Below, one piece after another: positions 53,464-63,252 of a stretch of 64,000 nucleotides of DNA. Source of the DNA: Hydrogenophilales bacterium (lineage in GTDB: Bacteria > Pseudomonadota > Gammaproteobacteria > Burkholderiales > Thiobacteraceae); NCBI GenBank assembly GCA_016235775.1, contig JACRIU010000102.1:32721-96720 (forward strand), in the 5' to 3' direction. Numbering within the stretch: the stretch's first letter is position 1; the number at the start of each line of letters is the position of its first letter. Below the pieces are notes generated by a model, which had not been told where the DNA came from, did not search any database, and saw nothing but the letters and a program-made list of their open reading frames with translations. The position numbers and the translations under genes were made by a program.

Positions 53464-54541
53464 TGAGGAACCTTCCTGCCGTGTCATGCCAGGTGAGCTG
53501 TACCGGGTCGCCGATTTCGAAACTGCGTCCACCGGCCGCGGCCGCGTTGGGCAGCAAGACTTCCAGCGTGAGCCCAGTTTCCAGTTTCACCATATATCGC
53601 GTGACGTCGCCCAGGTAGAGTTGGTGGCGGATCGTGCCGGTGAAACAATTTTCGTCAGGTGCGGGTGCGTGATCGATAGCGATGCGCAGCTTTTCCGGGC
53701 GCAGCGCCAATACGCCGGCTTGACCTATCTGCACCGGCTGCTCGATCTGCGCCCTAACCGTTCCCAGCCCCTTGGCTGACAGCTGCACCAGCGCGCCATC
53801 GACCGCCGCCACCACCACATCGATCAGATTGCAATTGCCGATGAAGTCGGCCACGAATCGATTGAGGGGGAATTCGTAGATTTTGTCCGGCGCATCCACT
53901 TGGATGACTTTTCCCTCGTTCATCACGGCGATGCGGTGGGACAAGGCGAGCGCCTCGCTCTGATCGTGGGTGACATAGACGAAGGTGATACCCACTTCTT
54001 GCTGGAGCTTGATGAGCTCCACCCGCATCTGTTCGCGCAGCTTGAGATCGAGCGCCGCCAGCGGCTCGTCCAGCAAGAGAATTTCAGGCTGATCGATCAG
54101 CGCCCGTGCAATGGCGACACGCTGTCGCTGCCCGCCGGACAGCTCATCCGGATAGCGGCCGGCCATTTGCGGCAACTGCACCTCGTCGAGCGCAGCTTGA
54201 ACGCGCGCCTGGATTTCGGTGCGGGGAACGCCGCGCATGCGCAGCGGAAAGCCGATATTCTCGGCCACACTCAGGTGCGGGAACAATGCGTAGCTTTGAA
54301 ACACCGTGTGAATGGGCCGTGCCTCGGGGGGAGAGCTGGACATGTCACGCTCCCCCAGAAAGATTTGACCTTGATCCAGCGGCTCGAAGCCGGCAATCAA
54401 ACGCAGTAGCGTAGTTTTGCCGCAGCCGGAGGGACCGAGCAGGGTAAAAAATTCGCCGGCTTCTATTTGCAGACTCACGCCCTGTACGGCGCCAAGTTCA
54501 CCGAACCATCGGCTGACATTGCGAATGTCGAGAAGGGGCAT
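53456..54541 (-). CDS. potA: Spermidine/putrescine ABC transporter ATP-binding protein
   Basis: Walker A GPSGCGKTT, signature LSGGQRQR, Walker B LLLDEP, and a C-terminal TOBE-like domain. Confidence 0.9.
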   Translation of the reverse strand: MPLLDIRNVSRWFGELGAVQGVSLQIEAGEFFTLLGPSGCGKTTLLRLIAGFEPLDQGQIFLGERDMSSSPPEARPIHTVFQSYALFPHLSVAENIGFPLRMRGVPRTEIQARVQAALDEVQLPQMAGRYPDELSGGQRQRVAIARALIDQPEILLLDEPLAALDLKLREQMRVELIKLQQEVGITFVYVTHDQSEALALSHRIAVMNEGKVIQVDAPDKIYEFPLNRFVADFIGNCNLIDVVVAAVDGALVQLSAKGLGTVRAQIEQPVQIGQAGVLALRPEKLRIAIDHAPAPDENCFTGTIRHQLYLGDVTRYMVKLETGLTLEVLLPNAAAAGGRSFEIGDPVQLTWHDTAGRFLNA

Positions 54542-54641
54542 GGCTGTGAGTGACGATGCAATGAGTTATTTGCTAAGCATAGTCAAAATATCTGCGGTCA
54601 ACCGATTGATCTTTTCATTCAGCAAGGCAAAACAAAACAAT

Positions 54642-56711
54642 TTAATGATTGCCGCCATTGCTCATGCAGCGCAACAATCGCTCCCAGTGCCGCGTATAGC
54701 GCGGTGCATCGCATAGCGAGGAGGCTTCCACCTGCCTGCGTAGTGACCCGCGCAGCGTAGCCAAACGGGGCAGATCAGCCGCCAATGTTTGCGCGGCTTG
54801 TAAAAAACTCGATTCGTTGCCGGTAATCCATTCCGTCAGTCTTGCTTGGGTCAGGATCGTCGCTCCCCAGCGGCTGACCATGGCTTCGCCTGCAAGCGTG
54901 AGCACCGGTACGCCCATCCACAGAGATTCGAAGCTGGTGGTGGAACCATTGAAGGGGAAAGGGTCGAAGCTGATGTCCACCGCGTGGTAGCGCGCGAGGT
55001 GGTCTGCGGCCGATTCATCGGCGGCGGTGAGGGTGAGGCGGTCTGCATGGATGCCATGTTGCGCAAACTGCGCGGCGACATGCTCGCGCACATAGGGATC
55101 GCCGTACAAATCCTTGTATTTGAGAATCAGCCGGGCCGAAGGCAGGGCAGTTAATAGCTGCGACCAGAGCGCGATCACGGCGGCGTTCAACTTCGCCGGG
55201 TTGTTGAAGCTGGCGAAGGTGAGGTAGCCATTGGTAAGTGCGGGCAGTGGATTCACCGGTGGCGCATCGCTCAGCGGCTGGTGCAGGTAATACGAGGGCA
55301 GGCGCGCGACACGCTCGCTGAACCATTGTGTACCGCGCTTCGGGGCGAGCACGGGATCGGCAATCACATAGTCGAAGCCACTCATGCCCGTGGCGCCGGG
55401 GTCGTGAAAACTCACGCACACGGATGCGGCGCGATGCGCGGCGATGAGCGGACGGTTGGCATCGAAGCGCCAGGCGAGAATGACCAGCACGTCGATTTCA
55501 TCTGCGCGCATCTGCTCCGCCGCTTGGGCGTCGTTGAGCTGGCTGATCAGGCGAAACTGGTCGCTGGCCGCCATCAAGCGCTCGCTCATGGCGTCCATCG
55601 CGCCGATGTTGGCGTAGAGATAAATCTCGAAGCGTGTGCGGTCGTGTTCTTGCAACACCGGCAGCAAATTGCGCGCGACTGGATGTTCGCGAAAATCCGA
55701 GGACACATAGCCGATGCGCAATTTGCGTCCCACGAGCGGCTTGGTCGCGGGCTTCGTGGCTTGGGCATAAATAGGCGCGGCGAAGCGTTGATCGATCTCG
55801 TGTAGCACGCCGCGCAGGACGGCATCGGTATCCGGCACATAGAGCAAGGCCATGGCGTAATAGCGCCAGTAGTTGGGGTTGCCGGCTTGCTGCTCCTTGC
55901 AGCGCTCGAACGCGGCCAATGCTTCCTCATGCCGGCCCAAGTGGGTAAGGGTCACCGCCTGATTGAGCGCGGCGGGATGATTTGGTTGAATCCGCGCGGC
56001 GGTGTCGAAGCAGGCGATCGCGCGGGCGTAGGCGTGGTTTTTCAGGCAGGCGGCGGCCAGGTTGTTCCAAGCAGGCGCATTGTTCGGGTCCACTTCCACA
56101 TAGCGCGAATAAGCGGCGATGGCGGCTTCGTACTGGCCGGTTTCGAGTGCGAGATTGCCGAGGTTGTACAACGCATCGGCCATGCGCGGGTCGAGCGCGA
56201 GCGCGGCTTCGAAATGCCGTTTGGCCTCCGCGAGTTTGCCCGCCTTGCGGTAGACGCTGCCCAGGATGTTTTGCGCACCGGGGTGTTGCGGCAGCATTTC
56301 GGCGGCGCGGCCATGGGCGCGGATGGCGGCGTCGATCTGCCCGAGCGCCTCGCGAGTGAAACCCAAGGCGGAAAACAGATCGGGCAGCTCCGGTGCGCGA
56401 TCGATGGCCTGCTCCAGCAGCGAGAGCGCTTGTTCAGGCTGCCCCGCCAAGCGCATGGCCTCGGCCAGATCGCGCAGGATGAAAGGATTATGCGCATCGG
56501 CCTGACTGGCGCGGGCAAGAAAATCCACCGCTGCCTGCATGCGGCCGGATTGCTTGGCGATGACCCCCGCCAGATGCAGGGCACGGGCATGATCCGGCTG
56601 CTCCGCCAGCGCTTCGCCGCACAAGGCTTCGGCCTGGGCCAGGTCGCCGGCGCGAAAGCGCGCGACGGCGGTGTCGAGTTGCTGATTCAAGGGGGTGTCG
56701 GGGCGTGGCAT
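54642..56711 (-). CDS. TPR-repeat protein fused to GT41-like (SPINDLY/O-GlcNAc-transferase-type) glycosyltransferase domain
   Basis: N-terminal half is tandem TPRs. The C-terminal half has the pattern RIGYVSSDFREHPVARNLLPVLQEHDR..FEIYLY, typical of the COG3914-type domain. Confidence 0.8.
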   Translation of the reverse strand: MPRPDTPLNQQLDTAVARFRAGDLAQAEALCGEALAEQPDHARALHLAGVIAKQSGRMQAAVDFLARASQADAHNPFILRDLAEAMRLAGQPEQALSLLEQAIDRAPELPDLFSALGFTREALGQIDAAIRAHGRAAEMLPQHPGAQNILGSVYRKAGKLAEAKRHFEAALALDPRMADALYNLGNLALETGQYEAAIAAYSRYVEVDPNNAPAWNNLAAACLKNHAYARAIACFDTAARIQPNHPAALNQAVTLTHLGRHEEALAAFERCKEQQAGNPNYWRYYAMALLYVPDTDAVLRGVLHEIDQRFAAPIYAQATKPATKPLVGRKLRIGYVSSDFREHPVARNLLPVLQEHDRTRFEIYLYANIGAMDAMSERLMAASDQFRLISQLNDAQAAEQMRADEIDVLVILAWRFDANRPLIAAHRAASVCVSFHDPGATGMSGFDYVIADPVLAPKRGTQWFSERVARLPSYYLHQPLSDAPPVNPLPALTNGYLTFASFNNPAKLNAAVIALWSQLLTALPSARLILKYKDLYGDPYVREHVAAQFAQHGIHADRLTLTAADESAADHLARYHAVDISFDPFPFNGSTTSFESLWMGVPVLTLAGEAMVSRWGATILTQARLTEWITGNESSFLQAAQTLAADLPRLATLRGSLRRQVEASSLCDAPRYTRHWERLLRCMSNGGNH

Positions 56712-56740
56712 ATTGGTTTGTTTTTAAGTCGAAAAACTAT

Positions 56741-56870
56741 TTGCCACAGAGGTCACAGAGGCCACAGAGAAAAACAATGCCGTTTACTGTATGCATGCCG
56801 ACTCAAAACGGGAAACAAATAAATGAGCCTTCTGTGCTTTTCTCTGTGCTCTCTGTGACCTCTGTGGCAA
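56741..56870. repeat. CACAGAG-periodic hairpin element (full copy) in divergent promoter region
   Basis: Arms TTGCCACAGAGGTCACAGAGGCCACAGAGAA / TTCTCTGTGCTCTCTGTGACCTCTGTGGCAA. Confidence 0.85.
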
Positions 56871-56965
56871 AAAGCCGTTAAAAGACTATTCTAATGATAT
56901 CCCTATTGAAAATCCGAATTAGCGCCCTATTTAAGTCGTAACAAACCAGCTTTGAAGGGAAAATC

Positions 56966-59569
56966 ATGCGCTTCGACAAATTAACCACCAAATTCCAGCA
57001 AGCCGTATCCGACGCACAAAGCGCGGCGGTGGGGAATGACAACTCGTATATCGAGCCGCAGCATTTATTGCTGTCACTGATCAATCAAGACGACGGCGGC
57101 ACCGCGTCAATCCTGGCGCGCGCCGGGGTGAATGTCGCGGCGCTGAAACAGGCGCTGCATAAAAGCATCGAGCGCCTGCCCAAGGTCGAGGGCCACGGCG
57201 GCGAGGTGTCGATCTCGCGCGACCTGAATAATCTGCTCAACATCACCGACAAAGAAGCGCAAAAGCGCAACGACGCTTTCATCGCCTCGGAAATGTATTT
57301 GCTCGCCTTGGCCGGCGACAAGGGCGACACCGGCCGCCTGCTCAAGGAAAACGGCGCCAACCGCGCCTCGCTCGAACAAGCCATCGCTGCCGTGCGCGGC
57401 GGCGAATCGGTGCAAAACCCGGAAGCCGAAGGCGGGCGCGAGGCGCTGAAAAAATACACCATCGACCTCACCGAGCGCGCGCGCCAAGGCAAGCTCGACC
57501 CGGTGATCGGACGCGATGAAGAGATTCGGCGCACGATTCAAATTCTGCAGCGCCGCACTAAAAACAACCCGGTGCTGATCGGCGAACCCGGCGTGGGCAA
57601 GACCGCGATCGTGGAAGGCCTGGCGCAGCGCATCGTGAATGGTGAAGTGCCGGAGACCTTGAAGAACAAGCGCGTGCTGTCGCTGGATATGGCGGCCTTG
57701 ATTGCCGGGGCGAAATATCGCGGCGAATTCGAAGAGCGCTTGAAAAATGTTTTGAAGGAATTGGCGCAGGACGAAGGCAGCACCATCGTCTTCATCGACG
57801 AGCTGCACACCATGGTCGGCGCGGGCAAGGCCGAAGGCGCGATGGACGCCGGCAATATGCTGAAGCCGGCACTGGCGCGCGGCGAGCTGCATTGCGTGGG
57901 CGCGACCACGCTGGATGAATACCGCAAATACATCGAGAAGGATGCCGCGCTGGAGCGCCGTTTCCAAAAGGTGCTGGTGGGCGAACCCTCGGTGGAAGAC
58001 ACCATCGCCATCCTGCGCGGCTTGCAGGAAAAATACGAAGTGCATCATGGCGTGGACATCACCGACCCGGCGATCGTGGCCGCGGCGGAATTGTCGCATC
58101 GCTATATCACCGACCGCTTCCTGCCGGACAAGGCGATCGACTTGATCGACGAAGCCGCGGCGCGCATCAAAATGGAAATCGACTCCAAGCCTGAATCCAT
58201 GGATCGCCTGGAGCGGCGCATGATCCAGCTCAAGATCGAGCGCGAGGCGGTGAAGAAGGAGAAGGACGAAGCCTCGCAGAAACGGCTCGGCCTGCTGGAA
58301 GACGAGATCGCCAAGCTGGAAAAGGAATACAGCGATCTGGAAGAAATCTGGAAAGCGGAAAAAGCCCAGGTGCAGGGCGCGCAGCACATCAAGGAAGCGC
58401 TCGACCACGTTCGGGTGGAGATGGAAGAAGCCAAACGCAAAGGCGATTGGCAAAAAATGTCCGAGCTTCAATACGGCCGCATCCCGGAATTAGAAGGACA
58501 ATTGAAGCATGCCCAATCGGCGGAAGCCGCCGAGGGCAAGCCGGGCATGAAGCTCTTGCGCACCCAGGTCGGCGCGGAGGAAATCGCCGAAGTGGTGTCG
58601 CGCGCCACGGGCATCCCGGTCTCGACAATGATGCAGGGCGAGCGCGACAAGCTGCTCGCCATGGAAGATGTGCTGCACCAGCGCGTGGTGGGTCAAGCCG
58701 AGGCTGTGCGCCTGGTGTCGGATGCGATCCGGCGTTCGCGCTCGGGTTTGTCCGATCCGAATCGTCCCTATGGTTCCTTCCTGTTCCTCGGCCCCACCGG
58801 CGTGGGCAAGACGGAGCTGTGCAAGGCGCTGGCGAATTTCCTGTTCGATTCGGAGGAGCATCTGATCCGCATCGACATGTCCGAGTTCATGGAGAAGCAT
58901 TCCGTGGCGCGGCTGATCGGCGCGCCGCCCGGTTATGTGGGTTATGAAGAAGGCGGCTATCTCACCGAAGCGGTGCGGCGCAAACCGTACAGCGTGATCC
59001 TGCTGGACGAAGTGGAGAAGGCGCACCCGGACGTATTCAACGTGCTGCTGCAAGTGCTGGACGACGGCCGCTTGACCGACGGCCAGGGCCGCACCGTGGA
59101 TTTCAAAAACACCGTGATCGTGATGACCTCGAATCTGGGCGGCCAGATGATTCAGCAAATGGCGGGCGACGATCCGCAAGTGATCAAGCTCGCGGTGCTG
59201 GGCGAAGTGAAAAACTACTTCCGCCCCGAATTCATCAACCGGGTGGACGAGGTGGTGGTATTCCACGCCCTGGGCGAAGCGCAGATCAAATCGATCGCCA
59301 AGATCCAGATTCAATATCTCGCCAAGCGTTTGGCGAAGATGGAGATGGGGATCGAGGTCTCGGACGCGGCGCTGAGCGAAATCGCTCAAGCCGGCTTCGA
59401 CCCGATCTACGGCGCACGGCCTTTGAAGCGTGCGATTCAAGCGCAGATCGAGAATCCGCTGGCGAAGGAAATCCTCGCTGGGCATTTCGCCGCCAAAGAC
59501 ACGATTCGAATCGATGCGCGCGGCGGACAGATCGTGTTCGCCAAGGGTGAAGTGGCCCAGGCGGCCTGA
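56966..59569 (+). CDS. clpB: ATP-dependent chaperone/disaggregase ClpB
   Basis: 867 aa. Clp N domain, two AAA+ modules ([16 protein letters not shown]) and a long middle coiled-coil. Confidence 0.97.
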   Translation: MRFDKLTTKFQQAVSDAQSAAVGNDNSYIEPQHLLLSLINQDDGGTASILARAGVNVAALKQALHKSIERLPKVEGHGGEVSISRDLNNLLNITDKEAQKRNDAFIASEMYLLALAGDKGDTGRLLKENGANRASLEQAIAAVRGGESVQNPEAEGGREALKKYTIDLTERARQGKLDPVIGRDEEIRRTIQILQRRTKNNPVLIGEPGVGKTAIVEGLAQRIVNGEVPETLKNKRVLSLDMAALIAGAKYRGEFEERLKNVLKELAQDEGSTIVFIDELHTMVGAGKAEGAMDAGNMLKPALARGELHCVGATTLDEYRKYIEKDAALERRFQKVLVGEPSVEDTIAILRGLQEKYEVHHGVDITDPAIVAAAELSHRYITDRFLPDKAIDLIDEAAARIKMEIDSKPESMDRLERRMIQLKIEREAVKKEKDEASQKRLGLLEDEIAKLEKEYSDLEEIWKAEKAQVQGAQHIKEALDHVRVEMEEAKRKGDWQKMSELQYGRIPELEGQLKHAQSAEAAEGKPGMKLLRTQVGAEEIAEVVSRATGIPVSTMMQGERDKLLAMEDVLHQRVVGQAEAVRLVSDAIRRSRSGLSDPNRPYGSFLFLGPTGVGKTELCKALANFLFDSEEHLIRIDMSEFMEKHSVARLIGAPPGYVGYEEGGYLTEAVRRKPYSVILLDEVEKAHPDVFNVLLQVLDDGRLTDGQGRTVDFKNTVIVMTSNLGGQMIQQMAGDDPQVIKLAVLGEVKNYFRPEFINRVDEVVVFHALGEAQIKSIAKIQIQYLAKRLAKMEMGIEVSDAALSEIAQAGFDPIYGARPLKRAIQAQIENPLAKEILAGHFAAKDTIRIDARGGQIVFAKGEVAQAA

Positions 59570-59637
59570 TTTAGCCGGCTTGATTCAAGCGGTTTCGTGG
59601 CTAAAGCTTGAGTCTGTTTCGAACGATAAATAGCGGC

Positions 59638-60591
59638 ATGAACCCTAAATTGTTCGACATCCTCACCGCGAACCCGGATAAATTTCCCAAGAGCTTGAGC
59701 AAGCTTTATCCCCGCGTTTTGGAAAAAATATCCAACGCATGGGGCACGGATGCGCTGGATGACATATTCGCCGAGTTGCTGGTTGCCGACCATGAAGGCC
59801 GCCAGGGTTTTCCGCCCGAAGCGGGGCGGGAAATTTTCGCGCTCAACCAGCTGAATGAGAAATACAAACATCAAGTGCTTGAAGCGGATGATCCCTGGGC
59901 CATGGAGCGCGACATGAGCGTGGAGGAGACGGCCGCCTTCGTCGAAAATTTGCAGGAGAGCGGGCGCGCGTTTACGCCGGAAACCTTATTCAAGCTGGTG
60001 GAGCAAGGTGAGACCCGGACAGCATTCGATTTTGTGCGCGCCGGGATGCAAGTCGATGTGCGGCGCACCGATGAATGGACGCCGCTGATGGTGGCGCTGT
60101 TCAACGGCCAAGAGGAAACCGCGATGATGTTGTTGTCTCGGGGCGCCAGTGTGCGCGCCAAGGCCAATCGGGGTTATGAGCCGATTCACTGGGCGGCGCT
60201 GAATGGCTATGAGCGCGCGGTGAAATTTATCATCGACAAGGGCGGCAACGTCAATGCTGAGACCGAATATGGCTGGACGCCGCTATTGCAGGCGGCCAGC
60301 CGGGGGCATGTGGAGATCGCGCGCATGCTGCTCAACAAAGGTGCGATGGTGAGCGCCAGCGAGCACGAGGGTTGGACGCCTTTGCATAAGGCCTGTGCCA
60401 ACGGCTATGTCGAGATGGCGCGATTGCTGGTACAGCGTGGCGCGGACACGCGTCAGCGCTCTGCCTCCGGCATCACGCCGCTGGAACTCGCGATCAAAGC
60501 GCAAGATTTTGATTTGATCGAAGCGCTTTCCGAAGAAGCGCTGCCGCCCGCCGCCACATCGACTTCCCCTTTGGGCCAAGATCGCAAGTGA
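59638..60591 (+). CDS. Ankyrin-repeat protein
   Basis: Four to five ANK repeats (e.g. GWTPLLQAASRGHVEIARMLLNKGA, GWTPLHKACANGYVEMARLLVQRGAD). Confidence 0.85.
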   Translation: MNPKLFDILTANPDKFPKSLSKLYPRVLEKISNAWGTDALDDIFAELLVADHEGRQGFPPEAGREIFALNQLNEKYKHQVLEADDPWAMERDMSVEETAAFVENLQESGRAFTPETLFKLVEQGETRTAFDFVRAGMQVDVRRTDEWTPLMVALFNGQEETAMMLLSRGASVRAKANRGYEPIHWAALNGYERAVKFIIDKGGNVNAETEYGWTPLLQAASRGHVEIARMLLNKGAMVSASEHEGWTPLHKACANGYVEMARLLVQRGADTRQRSASGITPLELAIKAQDFDLIEALSEEALPPAATSTSPLGQDRK

Positions 60592-60624
60592 TAAAATCTT
60601 TCTCCTTAAACGAGGAGAAAGCAA

Positions 60625-60930
60625 ATGCACGTCACGCTGGTTTATGTCCACGTAAAGCCGGATCACGTTGCTGATTTCATCGTGGCAACCAAAACTAACC
60701 ATTCCCACTCCATGCAGGAGCCGGGCAATCGCCGCTTCGATGTAATGCAGCAGGCGGATGATCCCACGCGCTTTGTGCTGTACGAGGCTTATGTCTCGGC
60801 CGAGGATGCGGCGGCGCACAAGCAGACCGCGCATTATCTCCAATGGCGCGATACGGTCGCCGGGTGGATGGCGAGTCCGCGCCAGGGCGTGTTGCATCAT
60901 GGATTATTCATGGGGAGTCCGCGCTTATGA
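60625..60930 (+). CDS. Antibiotic-biosynthesis-monooxygenase (ABM) domain protein
   Basis: 101 aa. MHVTLVYVHVKPD...FVLYEAYVSAEDAAAHKQTAHY is the ABM ferredoxin-like pattern. Confidence 0.8.
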   Translation: MHVTLVYVHVKPDHVADFIVATKTNHSHSMQEPGNRRFDVMQQADDPTRFVLYEAYVSAEDAAAHKQTAHYLQWRDTVAGWMASPRQGVLHHGLFMGSPRL

Positions 60931-62117
60931 GCTTTATCCCCTTTTCAATTTCCTTGCTGCCCAAGATCGAATTTGGTTCCGGCGTGCTGCACAAAGTACC
61001 CGCCTTGGCGGCAAGCTGTGGCAAGCGCGTGCTGTTGGTCACCGGCGGCCAATCGCTGCGTGCATCGCGTCATTGGGAAATACTATTGGCGGGCCTGCGC
61101 CGGCAAGGCCTGAGCTGGGAATCGATGCAAGTGACCGGCGAGCCGTCGCCGCAATTGGTGGACGATGCCGTGCAGCAATTCAAAAACGCGAAAATCGAAG
61201 TAGTTGTGGGCATCGGCGGCGGCAGCGTGCTGGATGCGGCGAAGGCGGTCGCTGGGTTGTTGAAGCCGGGCAACTCGGTCATGGATTATTTGGAAGGCGT
61301 GGGGCCGGAGCTGCCCTATGTGGGGCCGGCGACGCCCTTCATTGCCGTGCCGACCACGGCGGGCACGGGTTCGGAGGCCACCAAGAACGCGGTGCTGTCG
61401 GTGCAGGGCAAGCACGGCTTCAAGAAATCCTTTCGCGACGAGCAATTGGTGGCGCGCCATGCGGTGGTGGATCCGGATTTGCTCGACACCTGCCCGCCGG
61501 AATTGATCGCGGCGAATGGCATGGATGCGCTGACGCAGTTGCTCGAATCGTATGTCTCCACGCGCGCGAATCCCTTTACCGATGCCTTGGCGATCAGCGG
61601 TTTGAGCGCGGTGCGCGATAGCCTCTTGCCATGGTTCGAAGGGCAGGGTGATCAGACCGAAGCCCGCGCCAGGATGGCCTATGCATCGCTGCTGTCCGGC
61701 ATCACCCTGGCCCAAGCCGGTTTGGGCTCGGTGCATGGCTTGGCCTCGCCGCTCGGCGCGTTTTATCCGATCCCGCATGGGGTGGTATGCGGCACGCTGG
61801 TGAGTGAGGCCACGCGCATGAATATCGACGCGATGGAGGCGCGTGAACCGGCTAACCCCGCGCTGAAAAAATATGCGCAAGCCGGCCGTTTGTTTCGCGG
61901 CCGCACGCATTTGGATGACATCGGCGCGCGCGTATTTCTGGTGCATACCTTGTCGCAGTGGAGCGGGCAATTGAAACTGCCGCGACTGTCGCAATACGGC
62001 GTGACCGAGGCCGAGCTGGATCATGTCGTTGCCCACTGCCGGGGATCGAGCATGCAGACCAACCCTGTTGTGCTGACTGATGCGGAAGTGAAAGCACTGC
62101 TCCTAAAACGGATTTAG
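60927..62117 (+). CDS. Iron-containing (group III) alcohol dehydrogenase
   Basis: GGGSVLDAAKAVA NAD-binding motif and metal His context (HGLASPLG..PHG). ATGA overlap with the ABM gene. Confidence 0.88.
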   Translation: MSFIPFSISLLPKIEFGSGVLHKVPALAASCGKRVLLVTGGQSLRASRHWEILLAGLRRQGLSWESMQVTGEPSPQLVDDAVQQFKNAKIEVVVGIGGGSVLDAAKAVAGLLKPGNSVMDYLEGVGPELPYVGPATPFIAVPTTAGTGSEATKNAVLSVQGKHGFKKSFRDEQLVARHAVVDPDLLDTCPPELIAANGMDALTQLLESYVSTRANPFTDALAISGLSAVRDSLLPWFEGQGDQTEARARMAYASLLSGITLAQAGLGSVHGLASPLGAFYPIPHGVVCGTLVSEATRMNIDAMEAREPANPALKKYAQAGRLFRGRTHLDDIGARVFLVHTLSQWSGQLKLPRLSQYGVTEAELDHVVAHCRGSSMQTNPVVLTDAEVKALLLKRI

Positions 62118-62229
62118 CCGTCCCGGAAGCTGACACGGCTGCCGAAAATTGAACGACATCGGCTGCCGGTGCATCAACATCTGCACAAAATATTGATGTA
62201 AATCAATAAGGTATAAATTTAATTCATCC

Positions 62230-62245
62230 TGGCACAGAAGCTGCT
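62230..62245 (+). promoter_or_regulatory. Candidate sigma-54 (-24/-12) promoter
   Basis: TGGCAC-agaag-cTGCt against consensus TGGCAC-N5-TTGCW, about 50 nt upstream of the ATG at 62294. Confidence 0.45.
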
Positions 62246-62293
62246 CATTGCTTAGCAAGACCCGCTGAACCAATAACCTATGGGAGACACAGC

Positions 62294-62566
62294 ATGGCTC
62301 TGATGACGCAAGAAGTGAAATTCACGATCACCCCCCAAAGTTGTGGCGAGGAGGGAGATTGCATCCAAGTTCAGATTTCCGGCGAGCAAACCGTGGTGCT
62401 TTGCCTGACCCCGCAGCAGGCGCGAGCGATGGCTTCCGATTTGATTCAAACCGTGTATCGCGCCGAGGTGAAAAACAGTCTGCAAAGTGGCCAGCGCAGA
62501 TCGGCAGCGACTACATTCGATACGGCCGCCGACTATTATTCTTTGCATACCCCGCACGCCGCATAA
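62294..62566 (+). CDS. Hypothetical small protein (90 aa)
   Basis: GGGAGA SD 8 nt upstream of the ATG. No family recognised. Confidence 0.5.
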   Translation: MALMTQEVKFTITPQSCGEEGDCIQVQISGEQTVVLCLTPQQARAMASDLIQTVYRAEVKNSLQSGQRRSAATTFDTAADYYSLHTPHAA

Positions 62567-62785
62567 CGATGTTTTAGCCAGCGCGGCGCCACATCCTTGT
62601 GGTCCGCGATGGTGATCTCCCCGACTTTGGCAGCCGCAAGGCTGCCACTTTTTTGCCTGTCGGTCATAGCAGCAAGCAGCCTCGGGATGAATCTCCTTAT
62701 GACGCGCTTCGCCGTTTCACGCTAACCTTGGCGCAGCCCGGCACTTTGGCGCATAATTTCACATTTTTCCCCAACACGAACAGCC

Positions 62786-63163
62786 ATGGCCAATAAACTC
62801 GCCATCATGTTGCTCAGCATCGACCCGGACTATCCGCATCTATGCGGCACGCCATTCTTTCAAGCGGCAACCGCCGCCGCGATGGATTTCGAAGTGGAGG
62901 TCTTTTTCGCCAGCCGCGCCGTGCGCTTGCTGGCCAAGGGCGTGGCGGATCGTATTTACCCCTCGGATAATCGTGCGAAATCGGTCTATGGCTTCATGCA
63001 GGACGCCGCCCAGCTCGGCGTGAAATTTTATGCGTGCGGCGGCGCGATGGATGCTTATGCGCTGAAGCCCGATACCATGATTCCCGAACTGGCGGGTGTT
63101 GCGAATGCCACGACTTTCATCGGGCGGGTGATGGACGATGAGTGGCGGACGGTGAGTTATTAG
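62786..63163 (+). CDS. DsrE/DsrF-like family protein
   Basis: 125 aa. KLAIMLLS...EVEVFFASRAVRLL...FYACGGAM is the DsrE-fold pattern. Confidence 0.65.
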   Translation: MANKLAIMLLSIDPDYPHLCGTPFFQAATAAAMDFEVEVFFASRAVRLLAKGVADRIYPSDNRAKSVYGFMQDAAQLGVKFYACGGAMDAYALKPDTMIPELAGVANATTFIGRVMDDEWRTVSY

Positions 63164-63166
63164 GGT

Positions 63167-63252
63167 GAGGCGTCGGGCATCAGGCGTCGGGCGTCAGGAA
63201 AAAAATCCAAGCGCTAATGCCTGTCGCCTGTCGCCTGATGCCCGACGCCTGA
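63167..63252. repeat. Heptamer-periodic (GGCGTCR) hairpin element
   Basis: Arms GAGGCGTCGGGCATCAGGCGTCGGGCGTCAGG / CCTGTCGCCTGTCGCCTGATGCCCGACGCCTGA, with a perfect 16-bp core. The right arm encodes the last residues of the REC-Hpt ORF. Confidence 0.8.

Noticed and set aside
59570-59607. Possible intrinsic terminator after clpB (TTAGCC...GGCTAA), and a similar weak stem after the alcohol dehydrogenase gene (62119-62143).
   Set aside because: The stems are only 6-7 bp, the loops are long, and there is no convincing T-tract. Not reported as features.
60758-61621. 287-aa Arg/Gly/Ala-rich ORF in an alternative frame over the ABM and alcohol dehydrogenase genes.
   Set aside because: Out of frame with two genes that have clear family motifs. 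Its composition is typical of an off-frame high-GC translation.
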